NCBI GenBank assembly: GCA_910583685.1
Contig: CAJTXY010000004.1
Coordinates: 1 to 62,053 of the forward strand
Direction of reading: 5' to 3'
DNA from: an uncultured Bacilli bacterium
GTDB lineage: Bacteria > Bacillota_I > Bacilli_A > RF39 > UBA660
DNA: 62,053 nucleotides
Every line of letters begins with the position of its first letter. Position 1 is the first letter of the stretch. The notes under the pieces are model-generated. The model saw only the letters and a list, made by a program, of their open reading frames with translations, made no database searches and had not been told where the DNA came from. The position numbers and the translations under genes were made by a program. Shown in pieces: positions 1 through 8,271 of the stretch.

Positions 1-318
1 TATAGAATTAAAATATAAATAAAATGGTGCGGTTGAAATTACAATAAAGAAAAAATCCCATCTCTTAAATATAGAGGCGGGATTTTTATATGAGTAAACC
101 AAAGTATAAGAAAAATAGAAATACACGAAGAAAGAAACCAAGGAAACAGATGCTCCTGTAAAATTACTTACAAATGTCAGATAGCATTTGTCTACCTTTT
201 TCAATAAATAAACTCCCCCATTACTCCAAACTTATTAAATAAAAGTTTGATACTTTGCATATAACCTATAAGTCAATTTAATTAGTATTATACTACAAAA
301 TCTAATGAATCCCTATCA

Positions 319-1422
319 TCAATTCTCAGTCCAATCAATTTTTTCTAAATATTCTAAAGGACACCTACCGTTCTTAAAACTGATACCTATATGATTTAAT
401 GTGCTAAAATTCATTAAAAGATTATCATTATATTTAGAAAAGTATTCTTCCTTTGAGATATTTTCATAATATTTTTTATATAACAATTTGTTTTCGCTAT
501 TAGACATATCGTGGCCATAAAATATATTGGTTATTAATTTTTGAACTTCTTCATCATTTATATTGATTCTATAAATATCTTTATATTTAGATAATTTATT
601 TATTTTACTCCCTAGATTTTTATATGGAGCATATCTAAAAAAGTATATATAATTTGACCCATATTCTCCTCTAAAAGTATTCAATGCATCCATATATTCT
701 TCCCGAGTCAAAATATTTTTTCCTTTATATTTTTTTATATTCCAATGGTTTATTATTCTATCTTTATATTTTAAAATATTCTTATCAAATAAATCATACA
801 TCCTGCTTTCATACATATATTGAAGACTTATTAATCCTTTACTCATATCAACATCTTTATTCACTAAATGATAAAAATATAATGGTTTATTTGTCTTAAT
901 AATTTTCTGTGTTTCAATATATTTATAAAATTCATCACAAGTTATATGATCTTTAGGTCTTTGATATTCATAAATATATGTAAAACTATTTTCACTAACA
1001 TAATTATGATCTCTTTTAAATAATTCTTTTACATCTAATAACAATTCCAACTCACTATCATATTTATGAATTCCCTTATATATTCCCCAAGAATGTTCAA
1101 ACCAATAATACTTCCCATCACTTTCATAAGTTAGGAATGTATGAGATGGAAGCATATCATTATCTATTATATAAATAAAATAAGTTTTAACTTTAATATT
1201 TTTGTCCTGAAATAGTTTTCTTTCCAATTCAACTTGATCCCAACATACACCACATTTTGAGTCTAATAGTTCATCTGGGGTTTGCAAATAATAGAATTTA
1301 TAGAATTCATCTTCCCATTTTTGAGGATTGGTATTCATTATATTTAAGCCATTTTCATCCCTAAAGCCATATTCAATAGAATCCATCAATTTCATTATAT
1401 CGTTAATTTTTTGTTTTAACAT
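319..1422 (-). CDS. hypothetical two-domain protein; N-terminal papain/transglutaminase-like Cys-His core suspected
   Basis: ORF 319..1491 trimmed to ATG 1422 (GGAG 6 nt upstream; 20-nt overlap with the upstream ORF). GVCWDQ...SHTFL...WFEHS resembles a Cys/His/acidic catalytic core. The C-terminal ~200 aa are unassigned. Very AT-rich. Confidence 0.5.
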   Translation of the reverse strand: MLKQKINDIMKLMDSIEYGFRDENGLNIMNTNPQKWEDEFYKFYYLQTPDELLDSKCGVCWDQVELERKLFQDKNIKVKTYFIYIIDNDMLPSHTFLTYESDGKYYWFEHSWGIYKGIHKYDSELELLLDVKELFKRDHNYVSENSFTYIYEYQRPKDHITCDEFYKYIETQKIIKTNKPLYFYHLVNKDVDMSKGLISLQYMYESRMYDLFDKNILKYKDRIINHWNIKKYKGKNILTREEYMDALNTFRGEYGSNYIYFFRYAPYKNLGSKINKLSKYKDIYRININDEEVQKLITNIFYGHDMSNSENKLLYKKYYENISKEEYFSKYNDNLLMNFSTLNHIGISFKNGRCPLEYLEKIDWTEN

Positions 1423-1639
1423 TTCTACTCCAATCTTCGTAAGGATCACACCCATTTTCTTTTTCCCATTCAATATGGCTATCTCTTGCATTCTTTACTG
1501 CGATACAACCATTGTTAGACGTTGCACTTGCCCCATCGGTTACAACAAAAAATGGTAAATCATATTTTTTAGCAACCTCTTGAACCTCCTGACAAAATTT
1601 TCTTGCTTTTTGTGTTTTTTCTTTATTTTGATGACTCAT
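1403..1639 (-). CDS. hypothetical 78-aa protein
   Basis: ORF directly preceding and overlapping 319..1422. No family recognised. Confidence 0.4.
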   Translation of the reverse strand: MSHQNKEKTQKARKFCQEVQEVAKKYDLPFFVVTDGASATSNNGCIAVKNARDSHIEWEKENGCDPYEDWSRNVKTKN

Positions 1640-1848
1640 TACATTTTCTCCTAAATTTTATTAGTATTTATAAAGTTCTTCTCAAATCTTAAATGCAATA
1701 TTCAAGTTTTCCAAATTAAATATTTTACATCTTCATCACTACTATAGTTATTGGCATATTTGACTTTGCCAAATTACAAATGTGTTTATTAGATTAACAA
1801 AAATTATTTAATTTCTAGAAATATTTTACCATAATTTTAGACATATTA

Positions 1849-1875
1849 AAACTCGAAACATAAAAGTTCGAGTTT
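1849..1875 (-). terminator. hairpin, candidate terminator downstream of the 2016..5777 operon
   Basis: AAACTCGAA / 9-nt loop / TTCGAGTTT. On the minus strand it runs into TTTTAAT. The core CGAACTTTTAT is shared with the hairpin at 7686. Confidence 0.4.
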
Positions 1876-2015
1876 CCTAGCAATCTTGGCGTCCAAAAAA
1901 GAGAAGTACGGCCCCTTTGGACAAAAGAAATAGTTAGTAATAAAATTAACTAACTATAGTATATCGCATATTTATTGTTTTTCCTAAATCTTTTGAATGA
2001 AATAACACATTTTAA

Positions 2016-4466
2016 TTACTCAATAATAGTTATTACACCATTATAAGCATCTAATTCAATTAATTGTCCACTTTTTATTTTGCTTGTTGCGTTATTTGTC
2101 CCAACAATACAAGGGACATTAAACTCTCTTGATATGATTGCGGCATGGCAAGTAATTCCGCCTTCATCTGTTATAAAACCTATAGCTTTTTCCATAGCAG
2201 CAACATAATCCGGTGTTGTCATAGTTGCCACAATTATGTCTCCCTTTTCTACCTCAAAAATATCCTCATATTCTAATAATACTTTGGCTTTACCTGTTAC
2301 TTTCCCCTTATTTGCGGACATTCCCTTAATAATATTATCTGAGTTTTCTGCAATATTATTATCATTTACCTTGTAAACTTTTCCTATTTCAGATTGCAAA
2401 GTTAATGCTTCTTCATTTAAGTATATAGACACATCACCATCAATCCACAATATTGAAAAAGCACTTTTTCTAGATTTGATCAACTCAAGAACTTCACTTG
2501 TAATTCTACAATTATTATTTAAGACATCCACTATTTCATTTATTCCAAGCATTATTAAATCATTGTTATCAATCCCACATCTCTGGCTTATTTCCTTAAA
2601 TAAAGAATGTCTTGCTTTATAAAAAATATGATCTGAACACTCAGTTGTATATGTTCTTAAAAATATAAAGTCTCTTAAAGCCGTTGCTAATTTTAAAGTT
2701 CTATCTGAAAAGTTGTTTTCTTTTATAATTTTTTCATACTCAAAATCATTATTTTTTCTAACATTTAATATATTAGCAATTTTTTCATCAATATTTTCGT
2801 TCTCTAAAAATTTTAATCTCATCAAATATTCTTCTTTTTCAAAACAAGTATCAACAGTAAAAACAGGAGCTTTCATCCAAGAATATTTTTCCATATGAGT
2901 ATCTAGTAATTTTTCTAAATTTGAACTATCTTCTTTAATTGTCTTAGCAAGTTTTAGTAAATCAAGTGGCTCTTCACTATATGCAAGAGGTTTATAATCA
3001 GGAACCACTGCCAGTCTTTTAAATACATACTCTTGTTTTTCTTTGTCATCACCAAACTCTTTTTTCAATTGTTCTTTTAGTTCTAACTCTAAATAATCAT
3101 CTGGTCTAGTATATCCTGTTACACAGGTTTCTAAATAGATATCATTAAATTCTAATAATTCCTTTAGTAACTCATCATTACTTAGTTTAGAAAAATGTAT
3201 GGTTTTTAATTTTTCAATATAAGAATTGGCTCTATCTACTATATCAAACTCTTTTTTAGCAAATTCTTCAAAGAAGTTATTATTTGACTCGAATTTTTGA
3301 GAAAGTATTTCACATTTTTCCTCCGAATCAGTTTCTTTACAATATTCATCACCATTTAAAACTAAGTTATTTTTCGTAGCTACATTGAAACCTAAAACCT
3401 TATTTTGACATTCTTCTCCACTAGCTATAATATAAGAGTTCCATGTAAAGAAATTAAACCTTCTAGAAACATAAAATACCCAATCTCCTGATGATTTGAT
3501 ATTATGAATAATTTTATTAAGATTATCATTAGACTCCACTGTTGTAATTGGACGACATTGTAATATAAATAGTTCTTCATTTTTAATTGCCCACTCAACA
3601 TCAACTGGGAAGCCATAATAATCTTCAATATTTATCACAGTTTTTGAAAGTTCTAATATATACTTATCCTCCATCTTTTGCATACTGGCAATAGAAGGAT
3701 CTAAGTTAACCCAAACATTTTCATTATTATCATTTTTAACTAACTTTTTACTTTGATTATTTACAATCTTATTAATAAGATTTGTTGTTCTATGAACAAC
3801 AAAGTTATCTGGATTGACACTTCCAGAAACAATAGCTTCTCCAAGACCATATACTGCTTCAATAACGATTTCATCTCTATTGTTATTTGTAGGATTTACT
3901 GAAAAAGCAACTCCGGAAACCTCGGATTCAACCATTTGTTGCACAACTACCGCTACGGATATCTCACTAGTATCATTTTTCTTAATACGATATAATATTG
4001 CTCTTGGATTAAAAAGAGAAGCCCAACACTTTTTAATATTATCAAGTAAACTATCCCTTTCAATATTTAAATATGATTCTAATTGCCCTGCCCAAGCAGA
4101 TTCAATGCCATCTTCACTTGTTGCTGAGGACCTAACGGCAACAAAGCGAGTATCTAAACCATCAAAAGCATTTAGTACATCTTCTTTTACCTCATTTGTA
4201 ATTTTTCCATTTAAAATTAATTCTTTTATTTTCTTAGAAGTTTCCTCTAAATTTAAACTATCTTCCCTATCAACTGATTTTAATATTTTATTTATCCGGT
4301 CATAAATATTGTTATTTTCTAAATATGTTTTAAAAGTATTAGAAAGAACAACAAAACCATTAGGTACATGAATGCCTGCATTATACATTTCACCAAGGGA
4401 AGCCCCCTTACCGCCCGCAATACTTACATTGTTTTTCGATAATTCACTAAATCTCTTTATATACAT
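2016..4466 (-). CDS. PEP-utilising enzyme family protein, rifampicin-phosphotransferase-like architecture (ATP-grasp N-domain, unknown central domain, C-terminal swivelling His domain)
   Basis: N-terminal GGKGASLGEM (PPDK_N type). C-terminal GGITCHAAIISREFNVPCIVG (phosphohistidine mobile domain). No PEP/pyruvate TIM-barrel domain. 816 aa. Confidence 0.85.
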   Translation of the reverse strand: MYIKRFSELSKNNVSIAGGKGASLGEMYNAGIHVPNGFVVLSNTFKTYLENNNIYDRINKILKSVDREDSLNLEETSKKIKELILNGKITNEVKEDVLNAFDGLDTRFVAVRSSATSEDGIESAWAGQLESYLNIERDSLLDNIKKCWASLFNPRAILYRIKKNDTSEISVAVVVQQMVESEVSGVAFSVNPTNNNRDEIVIEAVYGLGEAIVSGSVNPDNFVVHRTTNLINKIVNNQSKKLVKNDNNENVWVNLDPSIASMQKMEDKYILELSKTVINIEDYYGFPVDVEWAIKNEELFILQCRPITTVESNDNLNKIIHNIKSSGDWVFYVSRRFNFFTWNSYIIASGEECQNKVLGFNVATKNNLVLNGDEYCKETDSEEKCEILSQKFESNNNFFEEFAKKEFDIVDRANSYIEKLKTIHFSKLSNDELLKELLEFNDIYLETCVTGYTRPDDYLELELKEQLKKEFGDDKEKQEYVFKRLAVVPDYKPLAYSEEPLDLLKLAKTIKEDSSNLEKLLDTHMEKYSWMKAPVFTVDTCFEKEEYLMRLKFLENENIDEKIANILNVRKNNDFEYEKIIKENNFSDRTLKLATALRDFIFLRTYTTECSDHIFYKARHSLFKEISQRCGIDNNDLIMLGINEIVDVLNNNCRITSEVLELIKSRKSAFSILWIDGDVSIYLNEEALTLQSEIGKVYKVNDNNIAENSDNIIKGMSANKGKVTGKAKVLLEYEDIFEVEKGDIIVATMTTPDYVAAMEKAIGFITDEGGITCHAAIISREFNVPCIVGTNNATSKIKSGQLIELDAYNGVITIIE

Positions 4467-4467
4467 C

Positions 4468-4944
4468 TTAATCCTCCTTTAAGTCAAATATAATATCATA
4501 TAAGCTTTCATCAATTTTCTTATAATTAATATCTTTCATTCTTAATTTACTAAATAAATCATCATTGCTCGCAATATAATATATTTTATTAAGATTATAA
4601 TAATCACTATAAATATTGATTAATAATTGAATCATATGATCAAAATCATATACATTTTTATCTTTTATATTATATTCCTTTAAGTCTTGAGTCTGTTTTA
4701 TATGAACAATACTATTTAAGCTATTTGATATAGTAAAGTCAATAATATCTAAGCCGATAAGTTTATTAAAAATACTAATAAACATTCCAATCTCTACCTT
4801 ACCTTTATTGCTTACTAATACAATTTTAACATTTTTTTTACAATTTCTTACTTTCTCATTTAACTTTATAATATTATCTAAGTCTAGAAGACTATCTTCT
4901 TCTTCAATAAAAATTAATACCAAATCCCTCATGTTTATTTGCAC
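4468..4944 (-). CDS. hypothetical 158-aa protein, middle gene of the operon
   Basis: Its stop lies 1 nt from the start of 2016..4466, and its start overlaps the upstream gene by 10 nt. No motif recognised. Confidence 0.6.
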   Translation of the reverse strand: MQINMRDLVLIFIEEEDSLLDLDNIIKLNEKVRNCKKNVKIVLVSNKGKVEIGMFISIFNKLIGLDIIDFTISNSLNSIVHIKQTQDLKEYNIKDKNVYDFDHMIQLLINIYSDYYNLNKIYYIASNDDLFSKLRMKDINYKKIDESLYDIIFDLKED

Positions 4945-5777
4945 CTTCCCATTTTGGAAACAATATCAATGGAATCACTAATCCCCTCAATATTATTACC
5001 ATTCCCAACTATAACACTGAAACTATCAATTACACTTTGAGATATATCATTATTATGCGGAGCAATTGGGATAACTTTAATACCACCTGTATCAGCTAAG
5101 GCCATTGGTAAATCTTCTCGTTCTGTATCTCCACCAGTTAAAATAAATGGAATATTACATCCTTGATACTTATTTGAAATGATAGGCAACATAAATTTTA
5201 CAGCATTTTGTTTTGTTGTTAACTTTGATTTTATATCAAATTCCTTTCCATATTTGTCAAAGGAAACCAAGAAATCGAATTTATCGCCACATATTTTTCT
5301 AATATTCTCTGCATAGTTGTTATAAACATCCTTCGAAATATCATCTGGAAAAATAACATTAATATATTTTGTAACATTTGAATTAATCTCAATATGTGGT
5401 GAATTAGCTAAAAAATTTCTTATTTCATTCTGCTTTTGCAATAAGTCAGGTGAGATATTATCTAATATACTTATAGTTCCATTAGTATCAACTAAATACC
5501 CACAAAACTCAGCAACAGCAAACCCAAATAAATTGGGCATACCATAACTCATAGCTAGTTTATTAAGAATCTCCAACCTTGCTTTACTACTAGATAGAGC
5601 TCCCCCTGATACTATTGTTATCAATGCTTTAGAATTAGTTTCATCCTCAAGATTTTTAATCGAATTAAAAAACCTTTTTAATCCTACTGCTCCAATTTCT
5701 TTTTCAGTAGATAAAATTTCATTTATAGTTCCCGTCCAATCTAAGAATATAGGTATTAAATTAAATTTAGCACTCAT
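4935..5777 (-). CDS. HAD-superfamily (Cof/SPP-like, type IIB) protein with atypical DWTGT motif I
   Basis: Motif I FLDWTGT, motif II IVSGG, motif III Lys in DIKSKLTTKQNAVKF, motif IV GGDTEREDLPM. Confidence 0.6.
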   Translation of the reverse strand: MSAKFNLIPIFLDWTGTINEILSTEKEIGAVGLKRFFNSIKNLEDETNSKALITIVSGGALSSSKARLEILNKLAMSYGMPNLFGFAVAEFCGYLVDTNGTISILDNISPDLLQKQNEIRNFLANSPHIEINSNVTKYINVIFPDDISKDVYNNYAENIRKICGDKFDFLVSFDKYGKEFDIKSKLTTKQNAVKFMLPIISNKYQGCNIPFILTGGDTEREDLPMALADTGGIKVIPIAPHNNDISQSVIDSFSVIVGNGNNIEGISDSIDIVSKMGRCK

Positions 5778-5828
5778 TAGTTCACTTCCTACAAATAAAA
5801 TAATTGCTAATAATAATTTAACATAACT

Positions 5829-5933
5829 TTACATTTGTGTCATTATCAATATTTTTTTTGGCAAATATTCAATTATTTCATCATAAATCCTCTTTGTTAT
5901 TTTATACTTCATTTCAATTTCAATATTATTCAT
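5829..5933 (-). CDS. possible 34-aa ORF (IEIEMKYKI start reminiscent of a CYTH N-terminus; maybe a gene remnant)
   Basis: AGAGGTG Shine-Dalgarno before the ATG. Short and not otherwise supported. Confidence 0.2.
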   Translation of the reverse strand: MNNIEIEMKYKITKRIYDEIIEYLPKKILIMTQM

Positions 5934-5990
5934 AAGCACCTCTCTATAAGCTTATTATATCATATTTTTTAGTGACACCATTTAGTATTT

Positions 5991-6024
5991 AAGGACTACG
6001 ATTTTAAAAATAATCGTAGTCCTT
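5991..6024. terminator. 13-bp perfect hairpin with a T-run on the plus-strand side
   Basis: AAGGACTACGATT / 8-nt loop / AATCGTAGTCCTT followed by TTTTTCTT on the plus strand. Lies between minus-strand genes. Confidence 0.4.
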
Positions 6025-6058
6025 TTTCTTCGGTATAATTTATTGAATAATCAAATAC

Positions 6059-6781
6059 CTATTTACCAGTTTGTTTGCTTTTTTCTAGTTTTCTTTGTAA
6101 TCTTAATTGCTTTACTTCTTCCTTTGTTACTTTTTCTTCTAAATCTTCTTGACTTATTCGATTAGATAGAACATTAACTAATCTTTCATTTAATTCATTT
6201 CTTAATGTCATAAATGTTCTTTGCGTTTCTGAATCGATGTTTGTACTAAACCATACACACATATCTTTAACATCATCATCAAAATATTTTTTTAATTGTT
6301 TTATTTCAGTTTCTAAATCAATTTCATCAGCAAAATCTTTTGTTGAATCTGCTAATTTTATAACGACACCACCTTTATCAGTAACACCACTAGAAACAGA
6401 ATAAATCTTATGTCTTCCAATTAATTTATCGTTTTGCCTAATTCCACAATAATGAGATGCCTTTGTATGATTGCAAAAATCAGCAAATGTTATTCCTTCA
6501 TTGCCTAACATTTTACCAGTTATATATTTTTCATCGTTTATAACACCTTCAAATGTTAAATCCTCATTAATTAAAATAGTTCCTCTGTAATAATCTTCTT
6601 TATATTTAGTATATTCATCATCATTTGTTAAATCCAAAGATATTGAAATGTCCATAATTTTATGATCTTTTAACTCTTCCATTGCTTCTGCATATTTATA
6701 ACCCATATTTAGTTTTTTATTAAGTTCTTTTATTTTAGAAACATATTTTTTATCTATTTTTGACATTACATTTTTATTCAT
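6059..6781 (-). CDS. hypothetical 240-aa protein with a Lys/Glu-rich coiled-coil tail
   Basis: ORF 4 nt downstream of 6786..7238. No family recognised. Confidence 0.6.
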   Translation of the reverse strand: MNKNVMSKIDKKYVSKIKELNKKLNMGYKYAEAMEELKDHKIMDISISLDLTNDDEYTKYKEDYYRGTILINEDLTFEGVINDEKYITGKMLGNEGITFADFCNHTKASHYCGIRQNDKLIGRHKIYSVSSGVTDKGGVVIKLADSTKDFADEIDLETEIKQLKKYFDDDVKDMCVWFSTNIDSETQRTFMTLRNELNERLVNVLSNRISQEDLEEKVTKEEVKQLRLQRKLEKSKQTGK

Positions 6782-6785
6782 AAAA

Positions 6786-7238
6786 TTATATAAAGCAGGA
6801 CCTCGTTTTTTCTAATCCACTATAATCGCCATTTGCTGAAGCAATACAAGTTTTTTTCCAAATTTCAAATTTTTCAGGATGAATATATTTTTTTCCTTCT
6901 TCTATCCAAGTTGGCAATTTTTCTTGTGCCTCTTTTTCCCATTTTTTAATATTTTCTTCAGCATCTTCAAACCGTCTTTTTTCTCTTTTAAGATATGTTT
7001 TTCTAGAACAATTTAAACATTTTTTAAAAGCACTATCCATAGTTACATCTAATGAATATAACTTAATACCATTCCAATTTGCATAATAGTTTAGTTTTCC
7101 CTGTCTTCTTAATTGTTCCAATTTTATAACAATATCATCTAGACTTTGTCCTGCAAATGTTTGCATTTCAATTGAATTATCTTTATAATTTTTTATTTGC
7201 TCCTCCGTCATTGATGATAAAATGTCATTTACATTCAT
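6786..7238 (-). CDS. hypothetical 150-aa protein
   Basis: ORF, first gene of a two-gene unit. No family recognised. Confidence 0.6.
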   Translation of the reverse strand: MNVNDILSSMTEEQIKNYKDNSIEMQTFAGQSLDDIVIKLEQLRRQGKLNYYANWNGIKLYSLDVTMDSAFKKCLNCSRKTYLKREKRRFEDAEENIKKWEKEAQEKLPTWIEEGKKYIHPEKFEIWKKTCIASANGDYSGLEKTRSCFI

Positions 7239-7313
7239 AATTGACCTCCCTTGTAATTACTTATTATTTTATCATACTTTTATACTATTTTAACAATTGT
7301 TATCATTTTTTCG

Positions 7314-7613
7314 TTAAATATACTCTTTATCTTGTTTATAATTTCTAGAGTTCTTTCTCTTTTGTACTTGGCATTGTTTCCATAATTCTTTTGATACAAG
7401 TGGTTCTACAACATTTTCATAATTAAATACCAGAAATGTAATACCTTTAATAATAATTCTATGGGGTTCTACATATTGCAAATTTGTGTGTTCTATCATC
7501 TTTATACCTCCATTATAAATAATAGGTGTAGTATTACAAAAACTGCAAATAAACTCTATCTTATTTTTTAGTGCTTCTTCCATTTCGATTTTTTCATTCT
7601 TTATTGTTACCAT
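7314..7613 (-). CDS. hypothetical 99-aa protein; C-terminal VVEPLVSKELWKQCQVQKRK resembles the end of the recombinase domain of large serine recombinases (possible remnant)
   Basis: ORF next to attL. Resemblance is to a single short motif only. Confidence 0.35.
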   Translation of the reverse strand: MVTIKNEKIEMEEALKNKIEFICSFCNTTPIIYNGGIKMIEHTNLQYVEPHRIIIKGITFLVFNYENVVEPLVSKELWKQCQVQKRKNSRNYKQDKEYI

Positions 7614-7685
7614 TTTAAGAATCCCCTCACTTTCTTACAAAATAAAAAATCAATTCCATTTTCTAGAATTGATATTTATCATTAA

Positions 7686-7709
7686 GCTCAAAACTATAAA
7701 AGTTCGAGC
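7686..7709 (-). terminator. hairpin, probable original terminator of the tRNA operon, displaced by prophage insertion
   Basis: Minus-strand RNA GCUCGAA / loop / UUUUGAGC (7 bp including one G-U). Sits 10 nt beyond the att copy that mimics the tRNA-Leu 3' end. Confidence 0.4.
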
Positions 7710-7718
7710 AGATTCGTC

Positions 7719-7737
7719 AATGGTGCGGGTAACAGGA
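7719..7737. repeat. attL core (AATGGTGCGGGTAACAGGA)
   Basis: Identical to 36851..36869, which is the 3' end of tRNA-Leu. Similarity continues for 3 more nt with one mismatch. Confidence 0.85.
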
Positions 7738-7840
7738 ATTAAATATATTATTTATTTCTAAATAAACCAAATCAAAAATGCTTATTTTTCAATATAATTA
7801 GTTAAAAATCAATGAAAGAAAATAAAGTATTTTAAAATAT

Positions 7841-7860
7841 TAAGTCCTCAATAAGTCCTC
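7841..7860. repeat. TAAGTCCTC x2 tandem, candidate integrase arm-type sites (P' arm)
   Basis: TAAGTCCTCAATAAGTCCTC. A near-identical pair lies at 36782..36801 on the other side of the att core. Confidence 0.6.
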
Positions 7861-7909
7861 AATTTTATCTTTAATACAGATATAATTTTTCTAACAAATT
7901 ATTGAATTT

Positions 7910-8089
7910 TTATTTTATAAATTCTAATGCCATTTTTTCACTAATTTTCAATGTTGTGTCTATGTTCGAAAAAATAGTAGCATAATAACTATCTTTTTCT
8001 TTTGATAAAATAACTTTATCACACTTTAACTCAATTTGATGTGAAAATTTTTTTGTTTCTTCTTCATTTAAAACATAGGTTTTGTACAT
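7910..8089 (-). CDS. hypothetical 59-aa protein in moron position (between the lysis terminator and attL)
   Basis: ORF 7910..8152 trimmed to ATG 8089 with AAGGGGGA 7 nt upstream. Follows the strong terminator at 8272..8304. Confidence 0.5.
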   Translation of the reverse strand: MYKTYVLNEEETKKFSHQIELKCDKVILSKEKDSYYATIFSNIDTTLKISEKMALEFIK

Positions 8090-8271
8090 ACATATCCCCC
8101 TTTCGAGCGATATTATGGCACAAAAAAAGAAATGCTGCAAATCGTCAATCAAACATATTTGATTACCCTACAATAATGAAATCAACATTTTACTATAGTA
8201 ATTTCATCATTTCAACAATAATAGATGCTTAAAATATAAAATTAATACTTTTTAGTTTTTTATTCACTAAC

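Noticed and set aside
25-37. TGGTGCGG followed by TTGAA, resembling the tRNA-Leu/att sequence with a 10-nt gap; possible third att site
   Set aside because: Only 8 plus 5 nt match, there is no T-loop or acceptor structure, and a chance match is plausible. It is mentioned only as weak context in the island finding.
1866-1890. GTTCGAGT...TTGGCGTCCA, which superficially resembles a tRNA T-loop plus a CCA end
   Set aside because: No cloverleaf can be folded. GTTCGAG is the 3' arm of the hairpin at 1849..1875.
3814-4305. 163-aa plus-strand ORF inside the PEP-utilising enzyme gene. Similar antisense ORFs occur at 19674..20045, 40333..40749, 41820..42098, 59405..59776 and elsewhere.
   Set aside because: These are shadow ORFs antisense to well-supported genes, with low-complexity Ser/Leu/Phe-rich translations and no Shine-Dalgarno.
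2016-4466. Calling the 816-aa enzyme a rifampicin resistance gene (rph)
   Set aside because: Only the domain architecture matches. The central substrate domain cannot be assessed by eye, and the operon partners are not typical of rph. It is left as an Rph-like enzyme of unknown substrate.
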